41,233 nucleotides of DNA. Origin: a virus (lineage: Duplodnaviria; Caudoviricetes). The stretch lies in the IMG/VR virus record IMGVR_UViG_3300028777_000007, positions 1 through 41,233 of that record. One strand, 5' to 3'. Shown piece after piece: positions 16,486 through 24,864 of the stretch; the stretch's first letter is position 1; every line of letters starts with the position of its first letter. A program made the position numbers and the translations under genes. The notes beneath the pieces were generated by a model. That model had not been told where the DNA came from, did no database searches, and worked only from the letters and a program-made list of their open reading frames with translations.

Positions 16486-16794
16486 ATGAAACCTACATAC
16501 GAAGAGTTACAGTCGGAGAATCTGAGACTGAAACGGGCTATCTCCCCAATGGAAGACCCGATCTACACTGCTGAACTCGAAGCTAAACTGGCAGTGATTG
16601 ATCTGTCTGAGTACAAACGCAACTTCCGTGGTGCTGAGCACTACATCATATACGCTGATCAACTATGGGCCGACATCTACGGTGAGGCCCCAAACAAGCA
16701 CGACGTCACAGTTATGGGCCGCAGTCTGCAGGCCCTGCTCTGGGAACGTAGCGCTCTAAATGGTACTCGCGTATTCGTTAAGAGGGTGGAATAA
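16486..16794 (+). CDS. hypothetical protein
   Basis: First ORF after the promoter; MKPTYEEL start typical of phage ORFs. Confidence 0.7.
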   Translation: MKPTYEELQSENLRLKRAISPMEDPIYTAELEAKLAVIDLSEYKRNFRGAEHYIIYADQLWADIYGEAPNKHDVTVMGRSLQALLWERSALNGTRVFVKRVE

Positions 16795-17150
16795 TGAATC
16801 ATAAAGTGGGTGATGTATGGTATAGATATGAAGCAGTATTGACATCATCTGGTGTAGACGAATTTGATGAGCCGGTGGGGCCGGGATTTATGGCCCTGCA
16901 CTCTCATAAGTATGACGTAGTTAAGGTGACTCCTAAGGGGGTGAGGATCTCATTCTTTGGCGGAGTCGCACGACTTGTCTTACATAATCATGTTAAGAAG
17001 TACGCCCACCCCAGTAGAGAAGAGGCCTTGAAGTCATTTATCTGCAGAAAGAATAGTCAAAAAGGAATTCTTCTATGTCAGATAAGTAGATGTGAAGAGG
17101 CTAAGAGAAACGCCGAAAGACTACTCGCTAAGATGTCGGAGGAGCGATGA
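16794..17150 (+). CDS. hypothetical phage protein, lower GC than neighbours
   Basis: WYRYE...VVKVTPKGV...KKYA.P..EEAL.SF..RK pattern. Confidence 0.75.
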   Translation: MNHKVGDVWYRYEAVLTSSGVDEFDEPVGPGFMALHSHKYDVVKVTPKGVRISFFGGVARLVLHNHVKKYAHPSREEALKSFICRKNSQKGILLCQISRCEEAKRNAERLLAKMSEER

Positions 17151-17506
17151 CAGACCTTAAATATGACAATAGACGGTCGGGCCGTACGTCTAAAATGCTG
17201 CTTGCTGCTGCAAAGCACGCGGCCAGCGCGGGGAGTAAGGCGTACGTCGTGCTATCCACTGGCGATATGTCCCAAATTGGGCCCATACTCGCCAAGATTG
17301 ACCCGCGTGGCGCTTGGTGCCAGCATGACCGCACCTTCTTGCTGAGCGATGGTGGAAAGATGGTATTCTGTACCATGAAGAACCCTAACGTCAAGATGGA
17401 TGGCCTGTTCCTAACTGGGGCCCCAGAGGGTTCAGTGTTCTTTGACCATGAGGCCGTGCGCTTGGCCCATAACCGCATCATCTCGGAGTTTCACCGCTAT
17501 GACTGA
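17147..17506 (+). CDS. hypothetical protein with a degenerate P-loop-like R.SGRT start
   Basis: RBS ggagg; NRRSGRTSKML...FFDH. Confidence 0.7.
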   Translation: MTDLKYDNRRSGRTSKMLLAAAKHAASAGSKAYVVLSTGDMSQIGPILAKIDPRGAWCQHDRTFLLSDGGKMVFCTMKNPNVKMDGLFLTGAPEGSVFFDHEAVRLAHNRIISEFHRYD

Positions 17507-17906
17507 TATCATCAAAGTTCCAGTGCTGGAAGCGACTCGTGCTCAGACAGAAGAAATCATCTCTATGTGGAGGGAGCAGCGCACTAAGCGCTTGGAAGCT
17601 AACCGCATCATGGAAGAGCTGAAGAAGAAGGAGGTCGCTCTAAGCTCCTGGCTCTTGGAAGTATTCAAGCAGCAAAAGTTTGAGGGCATGCTGATCGGGG
17701 GCCGCATTACTGGCCTGTCCAAGAAGGAAGTGCCCATCGTTGAAGACAAGACCGCCTTCATGGACTACATTAAGAAGACCGGTGAACTTGATCTTCTGCA
17801 ATTCCGCCTGTCCAACTCAGCTGTTGAAGAGCGCGAGATGAATGGCGTCGCTGTACCGGGCATCGGCCACACCGATGTATTCGAACTCTTTGATCGGAAA
17901 TCATAA
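17499..17906 (+). CDS. conserved replication-module coiled-coil protein (start refined)
   Basis: DK.AF..YI...G..DLLQ.R.S..AV.E.....VPG pattern seen in PolA phage modules. Confidence 0.7.
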   Translation: MTDIIKVPVLEATRAQTEEIISMWREQRTKRLEANRIMEELKKKEVALSSWLLEVFKQQKFEGMLIGGRITGLSKKEVPIVEDKTAFMDYIKKTGELDLLQFRLSNSAVEEREMNGVAVPGIGHTDVFELFDRKS

Positions 17907-17908
17907 TT

Positions 17909-18244
17909 ATGCGTATGGATGAACTGACAGCTAAAGTCCTGGGGTGGGCCAATGATCGGAACCTTATCATTGGATCTACGGTCGACAAGCAGTTTGTTAA
18001 ACTCGTTGAAGAGGTCGGGGAACTGGCGGCCGGTTTGGCGCGAGGAAAGAGTGAGGTTATTGATGATGCGCTCGGTGACATCATGGTCATCGCCATCATC
18101 ATGTGCGCCCAGCGTGGCAGTACCCCAGCAAACATTCTTGAAGATGTATGGAATATCATCAAGGAACGTAAAGGTAAGATGGTTGACGGCGTCTTCATTA
18201 AAGAAAACGACGCCATGATGGCGACTGGGAGTAATGGGCAGTGA
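17909..18244 (+). CDS. MazG-like all-alpha NTP pyrophosphohydrolase
   Basis: WA.DRNL...KQ..KL.EEVGELA....DALGD.......IK.RKGKM.DG.FIK. Confidence 0.88.
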   Translation: MRMDELTAKVLGWANDRNLIIGSTVDKQFVKLVEEVGELAAGLARGKSEVIDDALGDIMVIAIIMCAQRGSTPANILEDVWNIIKERKGKMVDGVFIKENDAMMATGSNGQ

Positions 18245-18351
18245 CCACGTTCCAAAAACTCGGCCTCTGGTTCGTTGTGGGCCCCCGCTTCAGCGCAAGT
18301 GGGCCCAATCTAGAGACCGTGCTGGCGTTTTACCACCGACACGCTTAGCAG

Positions 18352-18380
18352 TTGCACCATTGTATGCACTGCGCTATAAT
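18352..18380 (+). promoter_or_regulatory. sigma70-like promoter of the replication operon
   Basis: TTGCAC-17nt-TATAAT. Confidence 0.8.
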
Positions 18381-18416
18381 AACAGCGTACCAACTAACAG
18401 CAACGAGGATATAACC

Positions 18417-18764
18417 GTGACTGAACAAACAGAAAACCTGACACTGGAAGGCTGGGCTGCTGCTCAATACGAGCCCTACGAGTTCCCGCAAGAAAAGCTC
18501 CTGGAGTTGCAAGCGCTGTTCGTGCCAGTGGGTGAGTTCTTGGTCGCTAACAAGATCCCCTTCGGCTTCTTGGTGCAGAGCGCGCTGAACCGCGATGGTG
18601 GTGTAGCCATCAACGGCTCTACCTTCATGGGCCCCATTGGCCGCACTGGCGTTGATATGCTCAACTTAGCTATGATCAGCGGCCAAGATCTAAGCGCCGA
18701 GGAAGTGTTCATCATGCTGGCGCAGGCGTTCCAGGCTAAGGCCGAGAACCAAATCGTTATCTAA
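18417..18764 (+). CDS. hypothetical protein (GTG start refined)
   Basis: RBS gagga before GTG 18417; the longer ORF start would run through the promoter. Confidence 0.7.
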   Translation: MTEQTENLTLEGWAAAQYEPYEFPQEKLLELQALFVPVGEFLVANKIPFGFLVQSALNRDGGVAINGSTFMGPIGRTGVDMLNLAMISGQDLSAEEVFIMLAQAFQAKAENQIVI

Positions 18765-18781
18765 TTACTGAGTACTGAGAA

Positions 18782-19528
18782 ATGAGTGATAGCACAGAGA
18801 TTGTAGACTACGAGAAGTTGCTCCAAGGCATGGCGAAAACAGCCGCTGCCACCGAGCGTCCAAGCTCCTCAACACTGGGTTGCAAGGCCGGTATCCTCAC
18901 CATGAACGGCGAGGCTATCAAAGGCAATAAGATCGATATGATCGTCATTGCCAGCACCTACTCCAACCTGTATTACGAGGAGAAGTGGGACCCAGACAAC
19001 CCCACCAACCCTGTCTGCTTTGCCTACTCCCCTGACGGTGAGAACATGGCCCCACACCCGGCTAGCTCCAAGCCTCAGTGCGAGACCTGCGACAAGTGCT
19101 GGGCCAACCAATGGAAGTCTGATCCAGAAGGTGGCAAAGGCAAGGCGTGCAAGAATGGTCGTAAATTGGCCGGTATCCCAGCCGATGTACAGGCTGACGA
19201 AATCGACAAGGCTGAAGTCGCCATCCAAAGTCTTCCAGTCACTTCCATCAAGTTCTGGGGCAACTATGTCAACCTGATCGCGTTGAAGTATGGGCGCCCG
19301 CCGCTTGGCATGGTCACTACGGTGGGGGCCGTACCTGACATGAAGCACCAGTTCCACATCACGTTTGAGCCAGTGCGCCCGGTTGATGTCTCTTACATCA
19401 AGGCGCTCATGGATAAGGGGGCGCTCTGCAAGGACTTGATGGAGAAGGTATACGATCCTAATCCAGAAGTTAGTCCAGAGGAGGCGGAAGCTCGGGTTAA
19501 GGCCGCTGGGAAGAAGTCCAAGTTCTAA
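18782..19528 (+). CDS. putative ssDNA-binding/annealing protein with a Cys cluster
   Basis: YY...DP.....P.C.......P....C..C..N...S...GKGKACK..R pattern directly upstream of PolA; the function is inferred. Confidence 0.55.
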   Translation: MSDSTEIVDYEKLLQGMAKTAAATERPSSSTLGCKAGILTMNGEAIKGNKIDMIVIASTYSNLYYEEKWDPDNPTNPVCFAYSPDGENMAPHPASSKPQCETCDKCWANQWKSDPEGGKGKACKNGRKLAGIPADVQADEIDKAEVAIQSLPVTSIKFWGNYVNLIALKYGRPPLGMVTTVGAVPDMKHQFHITFEPVRPVDVSYIKALMDKGALCKDLMEKVYDPNPEVSPEEAEARVKAAGKKSKF

Positions 19529-19572
19529 GCTCCAGGGGGCCGTAGTGGCCCCCACTTCATTCAGGTGATAAA

Positions 19573-21354
19573 ATGTACGATGGAATTGTGCTCGACTTTG
19601 AGTCGGAGAAGATTGAGAACGGGGCGCCACTGTTACCGATCCCGGTAGGTTGCGCTATCATCGACCCAGATAAATACCCCGAGGGGCATTACTTCTCTTG
19701 GGGCCATCCTGAGGGCAATAACTGCACCAAGGAGGATTTCCGTGAATACCTCGCATCCATCTGGCACCGCCGGATACTCACACAAAACGGCTGCACTTTT
19801 GATATTCCTCTCGCTGCTCACCATTTCAACCTTCCTGAGCGGGATCCTCTGCTCACAGACGACACTCTGTTCGCCAGTTATCTCCATAACCCACACGCAC
19901 GCTCCCTTTCGTTGAAGGATCTGGCTGAGGATTGGCTAGGGATCCCGCCAGATGAACAACAAGATATGTACGATTGGCTCGTTGCAAATGTCGGCTGCAC
20001 TCGTAAAGAGGCCGGTGCCTACATCTCCAAGGCTCCGGTTAGATTTGTGGGCCCATATGCTGTCGGCGACTGTACAAGGACGCTGGCTCTATGGAACCAC
20101 GTTGAGCCCCTCATTGCGGATATGGTCGAACCCTATCAACGGGAAGTCAAACTTGGCCCCATACTTTCCGAAATACGGAACCTTGGAGTGCGGTGCGACG
20201 TTCGTAGACTCGCGACGGACTACCTTGTTGCCATGCGCAAACTGGGTGAACTGGATTCCCTCATTAGGAACCGGCTCTCTGCTCCCACACTTAACGTCAG
20301 TAGTGACGCCGAGCTTGGTGCGGCGTTGGTTGCAAACGGGTTCACGGGATTCCTGAAGACAGCCAAGTCTGGTAAGGACTCCATGTCCAAGCTGAGCCTG
20401 GAGACTGTACTGGCTGGCGACCCAGACCTCCAGCTTATGATTCGCTCTAGAGCCACCTACGCCACGTTTGCCGGCACTTTTATGTGGCCGTGGCTGCAAT
20501 ACGCCAAGGCCAACGGCGGGCGCATACACGCGGCCTATAACCAAGTGCGCAACCCCGAGGGCTACGGTACACGCACTGGGCGCCTGTCCAGCACTGGGCC
20601 CAACTTCCAAAACGTACCAACGGTAGTTGACTTCCTTGACTACTTCGGTGAACCATTCCCAGTGATGCGCTCGTACCTACTGCCAGAAGAGGGGCATGAG
20701 TGGACGACCGGTGACTTTAAGAACCAAGAGCCACGCCTCGCCGCGCATTTTGAAGATGGCAAGTTCATGGCGGCGTTTAACTCCAATCCTGACTTGGACC
20801 CATACATCTTCTTGTGTGACGTGGCTGGCATGCCGCACTCGGAACGGAAGAAGGCCAAGGGTATCTACTTGGGCCTTTTATACGCGATGGGCATCGCCAT
20901 GCTGGCTGACAAGCTGGACATCAGCGAGCAAGAGGCTACTATCTTGCGTAACTGTATCAAGGCTTCCATCCCCGACATCGTAGCGCTGGATAATCAGTGC
21001 AAGAAGCGCTTCAAGTCAGGGCTACCCATCGTAACACTTGGGGGCCGCTTCTACTTCTGCGAGCCACCTACTGGGGCCCGACGCTGGGATTACAAGGCGC
21101 TGAACACTCTGATCCAAGGTAGCGCAGCCGATGAGACCAAAGAGGCTCTTGTGTACGCCCATGCGCAGCTACGTCTCCGCTGTCCAGGCGCTCGGTTACT
21201 CGGCACGGTGCATGATGAATACAGCGTGTCGCACTTGCCCTCTCAGCGCGAAGAAGTGTACAAGATCATCAACGAGTCAGCCAATGCCCTTCCATGCGAC
21301 GTTCCTATGCTCATGGAAATCGCCACTGGGGCCAACTGGTCGGAGGCGAAATGA
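19573..21354 (+). CDS. DNA polymerase family A with 3'-5' exonuclease
   Basis: LDFES ExoI, TRTGRLSS..PNFQN, DFKNQEPR (motif A), R..AK....LLY (motif B), VHDE (motif C). Confidence 0.95.
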   Translation: MYDGIVLDFESEKIENGAPLLPIPVGCAIIDPDKYPEGHYFSWGHPEGNNCTKEDFREYLASIWHRRILTQNGCTFDIPLAAHHFNLPERDPLLTDDTLFASYLHNPHARSLSLKDLAEDWLGIPPDEQQDMYDWLVANVGCTRKEAGAYISKAPVRFVGPYAVGDCTRTLALWNHVEPLIADMVEPYQREVKLGPILSEIRNLGVRCDVRRLATDYLVAMRKLGELDSLIRNRLSAPTLNVSSDAELGAALVANGFTGFLKTAKSGKDSMSKLSLETVLAGDPDLQLMIRSRATYATFAGTFMWPWLQYAKANGGRIHAAYNQVRNPEGYGTRTGRLSSTGPNFQNVPTVVDFLDYFGEPFPVMRSYLLPEEGHEWTTGDFKNQEPRLAAHFEDGKFMAAFNSNPDLDPYIFLCDVAGMPHSERKKAKGIYLGLLYAMGIAMLADKLDISEQEATILRNCIKASIPDIVALDNQCKKRFKSGLPIVTLGGRFYFCEPPTGARRWDYKALNTLIQGSAADETKEALVYAHAQLRLRCPGARLLGTVHDEYSVSHLPSQREEVYKIINESANALPCDVPMLMEIATGANWSEAK

Positions 21355-22013
21355 GCATCTACAACAAAGCACTATCACCATCGGGCTTAAAGCTGTTCAA
21401 GGAGTGCCCGTTCAAGTGGGCTGACCGCTACGTCGCTGGGAACTACCCCCCAGCGCGGGCAGCTAGCGACCGAGGCACTGAGTTGCACTTGGAGCTTGAA
21501 CTGTTCTTCACTGGGGCCCAGCCATACCCAGCGGCGAACAAGACTCTACGTCCTTGGCAGCGCTTTATGGAAGGGCTGAGCATTAAGCCCCACACCGCTG
21601 AGGGCGAAGTGGCAGTACTAAGCGATTGGTCCCAAACCACGTTCAACGATCCAAACGCCAACTACCGGGGGAAATATGATCTTAAGCTGGACGGGAACCC
21701 TAAAGTGCTCGACATCTTCGACTGGAAGTCTGGCAAGATATACCCTGACCATGAGTTCCAGGGTCTTTCATACTGCGCGATGGAGCCGGGTAGATATCTA
21801 GTCTACCGCACGCACTTCGTATACCTAGACATCCCTACCCACGTTGAGACACGGGATTACCTTGCTCCAAAAATTGTGGTCGAAAGAATTAAGCTGACGG
21901 AAGAGATTGACTTCTTACGCAACTCTATGGTCTACCCACCTAAGCCTGGATCTGGCTGCTATTACTGCCATCTAAGCTGGAGGAAAGGAGGAACTTGCCG
22001 TGCTGCTAGATAA
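21351..22013 (+). CDS. PD-(D/E)XK / Cas4-like exonuclease (start refined)
   Basis: LSPS.LK.F..CP, RGT.LH, GKYD...IFDWKSGK, and C-terminal C..C....C. Confidence 0.85.
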   Translation: MSIYNKALSPSGLKLFKECPFKWADRYVAGNYPPARAASDRGTELHLELELFFTGAQPYPAANKTLRPWQRFMEGLSIKPHTAEGEVAVLSDWSQTTFNDPNANYRGKYDLKLDGNPKVLDIFDWKSGKIYPDHEFQGLSYCAMEPGRYLVYRTHFVYLDIPTHVETRDYLAPKIVVERIKLTEEIDFLRNSMVYPPKPGSGCYYCHLSWRKGGTCRAAR

Positions 22014-22182
22014 ACAATACCCCGGATGGTGGGCCCCGAACAAGAAGGCTCACTACTTTGTAGATAGCGAATCGTTGTGCGGAAAGTGGGCCCACACTGG
22101 CATGACCATGACTTGGTCTGCCAGCGGGAAGTATTGCAAGCAGTGCTGCAAGACTGGGAGTAAGATGTATGGAACGCGCTGA
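22000..22182 (+). CDS. small zinc-finger-like protein
   Basis: HYF....SLCGKW...CKQC; RBS aaggagg. Confidence 0.65.
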   Translation: MLLDKQYPGWWAPNKKAHYFVDSESLCGKWAHTGMTMTWSASGKYCKQCCKTGSKMYGTR

Positions 22183-22753
22183 GTCTAAGATCGAAGTTGG
22201 GGTCAAGGAAGACCTCAAGAAATGGTGCCGAGAGAATGGCATTTGGCACGAGTTTCTTAAATTAAACGTGCTAGGCTTTAGGGGCTGGCCCGACCGTCTG
22301 CTGCTATGGGAGGGAGGTAACTGCCTATTCATAGAGTATAAAACGCTGACTGGGGCCCCAGAGCCGCTTCAGCCCTATATTCACAAAGTCATTAAGAAGC
22401 TAGGCTTCCGAGTTGAGGTACACAATGACCGCACCAAATCTTTGGAGTCGATCAAGGCAAAAATTCTTGCCACGGCCAGAACAGATCCGTGGTATGAAGC
22501 TAATAGTGCAGAACAAAGGATCTCGACTATTTCTGCCGCCCGGGAAAGGAAAGACTGCGACTGTCTTGAAGGCATTTTCCGTGTTGAAGAAGATGGGGCT
22601 CATAGATGTACTTCTTGTCATCGCACCGTTACGAGTGATCGCAACATCCTGGCCCTCCCAACTGGAACGATGGGAAGATTTCGAACATCTTTCATACGTG
22701 ACTATACATGGCGGGAAGACGGCGCGCTTGGAGGCGATGGACACGGCGGCTGA
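22169..22753 (+). CDS. VRR-NUC nuclease
   Basis: ES.IE...G.PDRL.......FIE.K......Q..........GF.V.V; its C-terminal half overlaps the helicase gene. Confidence 0.8.
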   Translation: MERAESKIEVGVKEDLKKWCRENGIWHEFLKLNVLGFRGWPDRLLLWEGGNCLFIEYKTLTGAPEPLQPYIHKVIKKLGFRVEVHNDRTKSLESIKAKILATARTDPWYEANSAEQRISTISAARERKDCDCLEGIFRVEEDGAHRCTSCHRTVTSDRNILALPTGTMGRFRTSFIRDYTWREDGALGGDGHGG

Positions 22754-23909
22754 TGTCTACTTGATGAACGTTGAGGGCCTACTGTCAAGCGAGTGGAAGC
22801 TGAGCAAGGTGCGTGGTTGCTACGTCATGAACGACGAAGCACTACGCTGGCTGAAAGACAAGCGAGTGATGGTGGCTATTGACGAATCCACCAAGTTCAA
22901 GAACCCCCAGTCGGCGCGCTTCAACACCATCAAGCGGTATCTACCATTTATTCACCGTAGTGTGATTATGACCGGCACCCCTAAGCCGAACAAGTTGGAG
23001 GACATCTTTGCGCAGTGCTTCCTGACGGACTTGGGTGAGGATTTGGGGGCCTACATCACGCACTTCCGCAACGAGTTCATGTATAAGGGATTCGACGACA
23101 AGATCTACCCGTTGCCTGGAGCCTTGGAGAAGATAGCCGAGATCATCGCACCAACCACTCTGCAACTGGAGGACGATGAGTCTATCCCTATGCAGATAGT
23201 TGATCTCTGGGTTAAGATGCCCCCAGAGGCTCAGGCTATTTACGATGAGCTAGCCGCTCAGTTCATGGTTATGATCGAGGGCGAGACAATATTGGCCCCA
23301 ACCTCGGCGGCATTGCTTGGCAAGCTGCGGCAAATTGCGCAGGGGGCCATCTATTATGAGCCTGATATGTTTGCCAAGGACGTACCAGTGTCTATTGACC
23401 ACTTCGGGCATGAAGTACGCCCGTATGTGAAGGCCCATGACCTGAAACTGGACGTATTGGAGAACTTACTGGAGGAATTAAACGGTGATCCTCTCTTCTT
23501 GCTATACGCCTTTAAGCACGACGTCGCCCGTATTGCTGAGCGCTTGGGGCATAGTATCCCGTGGATCGGCTCGGGTGTCAGTAAGGACCAAGGCTCGGCG
23601 TGGTGTCAGTCCTTCGGCGCTGGCGGTATGCCCCTTCTGGCAGGACATCCCCAATCAGTGGCTCATGGAGTCGACGGTCTGCAGGACAACTGCCGAAACA
23701 TTTGCTGGTTCGGCATGGATTGGTCATGGGAAAACTATTACCAAGCTAATAAGAGGATTGCCCGTGATGGTACGAAGGCTGAATCTGTCATGGTCTACCG
23801 CATACTCGTTGACTGCCCGACAGAGCATGCAATGCTGGAAGCTGTTGAGAGCAAGCGTAGCAGCGAGGCGCAATTTTTAGCATATTTGCGTAAATATTTG
23901 CTTGCATAG
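22425..23909 (+). CDS. SNF2-family helicase
   Basis: PRPEQ Q-motif, PGKGKT, IDEST, MTGTP, HGVDGLQ, YYQA..RIAR.G; RBS gagg before ATG 22425. Confidence 0.9.
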   Translation: MTAPNLWSRSRQKFLPRPEQIRGMKLIVQNKGSRLFLPPGKGKTATVLKAFSVLKKMGLIDVLLVIAPLRVIATSWPSQLERWEDFEHLSYVTIHGGKTARLEAMDTAADVYLMNVEGLLSSEWKLSKVRGCYVMNDEALRWLKDKRVMVAIDESTKFKNPQSARFNTIKRYLPFIHRSVIMTGTPKPNKLEDIFAQCFLTDLGEDLGAYITHFRNEFMYKGFDDKIYPLPGALEKIAEIIAPTTLQLEDDESIPMQIVDLWVKMPPEAQAIYDELAAQFMVMIEGETILAPTSAALLGKLRQIAQGAIYYEPDMFAKDVPVSIDHFGHEVRPYVKAHDLKLDVLENLLEELNGDPLFLLYAFKHDVARIAERLGHSIPWIGSGVSKDQGSAWCQSFGAGGMPLLAGHPQSVAHGVDGLQDNCRNICWFGMDWSWENYYQANKRIARDGTKAESVMVYRILVDCPTEHAMLEAVESKRSSEAQFLAYLRKYLLA

Positions 23910-23930
23910 GATGGTCCACGGTGCTATAGT
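23902..23930 (+). promoter_or_regulatory. sigma70-like promoter
   Basis: TTGCAT-17nt-TATAGT-TGCAC. Confidence 0.75.
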
Positions 23931-23990
23931 TGCACCGTAGCCAATAAATACAGAGCTACTCCTTATTCTAAAACACGTTGGAGATTCAAA

Positions 23991-24629
23991 ATGACTGATG
24001 GTGCCGTTGAACCTACCGTAGAAGAACTCCTGGCCGCTGCTGCTGTCGCCACTGAAGCCAACGCTGCCCCCAAGGCCAAGAAACCCCGCACTCCGAAACT
24101 GGATGCTGAAGGCAACGCGGTCGTCAAGCCGCCTCGGGCCCCCAAATTGTACGCTCAAGTGAACGCCGATGGCACCCCGATCCTGGACGAAGCTGGCAAT
24201 CCAGTGATGGGCGAAGGCAAGCCGACCAAGGCTCCGAAAGAAGCCAAGCTGTACCCGCAGGCTGCTGAAGACGGCACTCCTGCGCTGTTTGACACTGGCG
24301 AGCCGGTTATGGGCCCGTATCTCACTCGCTACAAAGAGCCGAAAGCCGCCAAGGCCCCGCGCCTGGACGCTGATGGCAACCCAATCGTGCGTCAATCCAA
24401 TGTCTTCCCCCTCGACGCGAAGTTGTTCAAGGTTGAGGGCAAGGGCACCGGCTACCGTGAAGGCAGCAAGCGCAAACAGAACTTCGACCTCATCCCGGCC
24501 GAGGGTATCACTGTCGGCGACTACTACGCCGCTGGCGGTGGCAAGTCCGTAGTTCACACGTTTGCTGTTTGGTACGTGAACGAAGATGAGTCTGTTCGTA
24601 TCGAAGTTGGCGAGCCCGCTGCTGAGTAA
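23991..24629 (+). CDS. hypothetical protein with internal D.(D/E)G(N/T)P repeats
   Basis: RBS ggag; codon usage resembles highly expressed genes; has its own promoter and a 3' hairpin. Confidence 0.8.
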   Translation: MTDGAVEPTVEELLAAAAVATEANAAPKAKKPRTPKLDAEGNAVVKPPRAPKLYAQVNADGTPILDEAGNPVMGEGKPTKAPKEAKLYPQAAEDGTPALFDTGEPVMGPYLTRYKEPKAAKAPRLDADGNPIVRQSNVFPLDAKLFKVEGKGTGYREGSKRKQNFDLIPAEGITVGDYYAAGGGKSVVHTFAVWYVNEDESVRIEVGEPAAE

Positions 24630-24646
24630 GCCCTCCACCTGCACTG

Positions 24647-24674
24647 CGAAAACCCGGCTTAGGTCGGGTTTTCG
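24647..24674 (+). terminator. hairpin/terminator after the 23991-24629 gene
   Basis: CGAAAACCCG-gcttaggt-CGGGTTTTCG. Confidence 0.6.
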
Positions 24675-24696
24675 ACCCTTCGAGGACTGAAAAGAC

Positions 24697-24864
24697 ATGA
24701 CTAAACAATACAGTGAAGATGATTGCTGGCGGAAGGCCAACCAAGAGTGGGAGATGGCTGGGATGGCCCGCCGAGATGGCGATCATAAGGACGCTGAGAA
24801 GCGTATGGAAGCGGCGCGTCGCTGGGAAATCAAGGCTAGGCGCATAGCGCGAGGTGAAGAATGA
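24697..24864 (+). CDS. 55-aa helical hypothetical protein (not in the ORF track)
   Basis: MTKQYSEDDCWRKANQEWEMAG...; RBS gagga; ATGA overlap with the glycosyltransferase. Confidence 0.65.
   Translation: MTKQYSEDDCWRKANQEWEMAGMARRDGDHKDAEKRMEAARRWEIKARRIARGEE

Noticed and set aside
23877-24740. Long antisense ORFs (287 aa here; also 4837-5556, 18869-19630, 25568-26155, 39540-40181)
   Set aside because: Shadow ORFs opposite well-supported genes with biased codon usage; no motifs or operon context.
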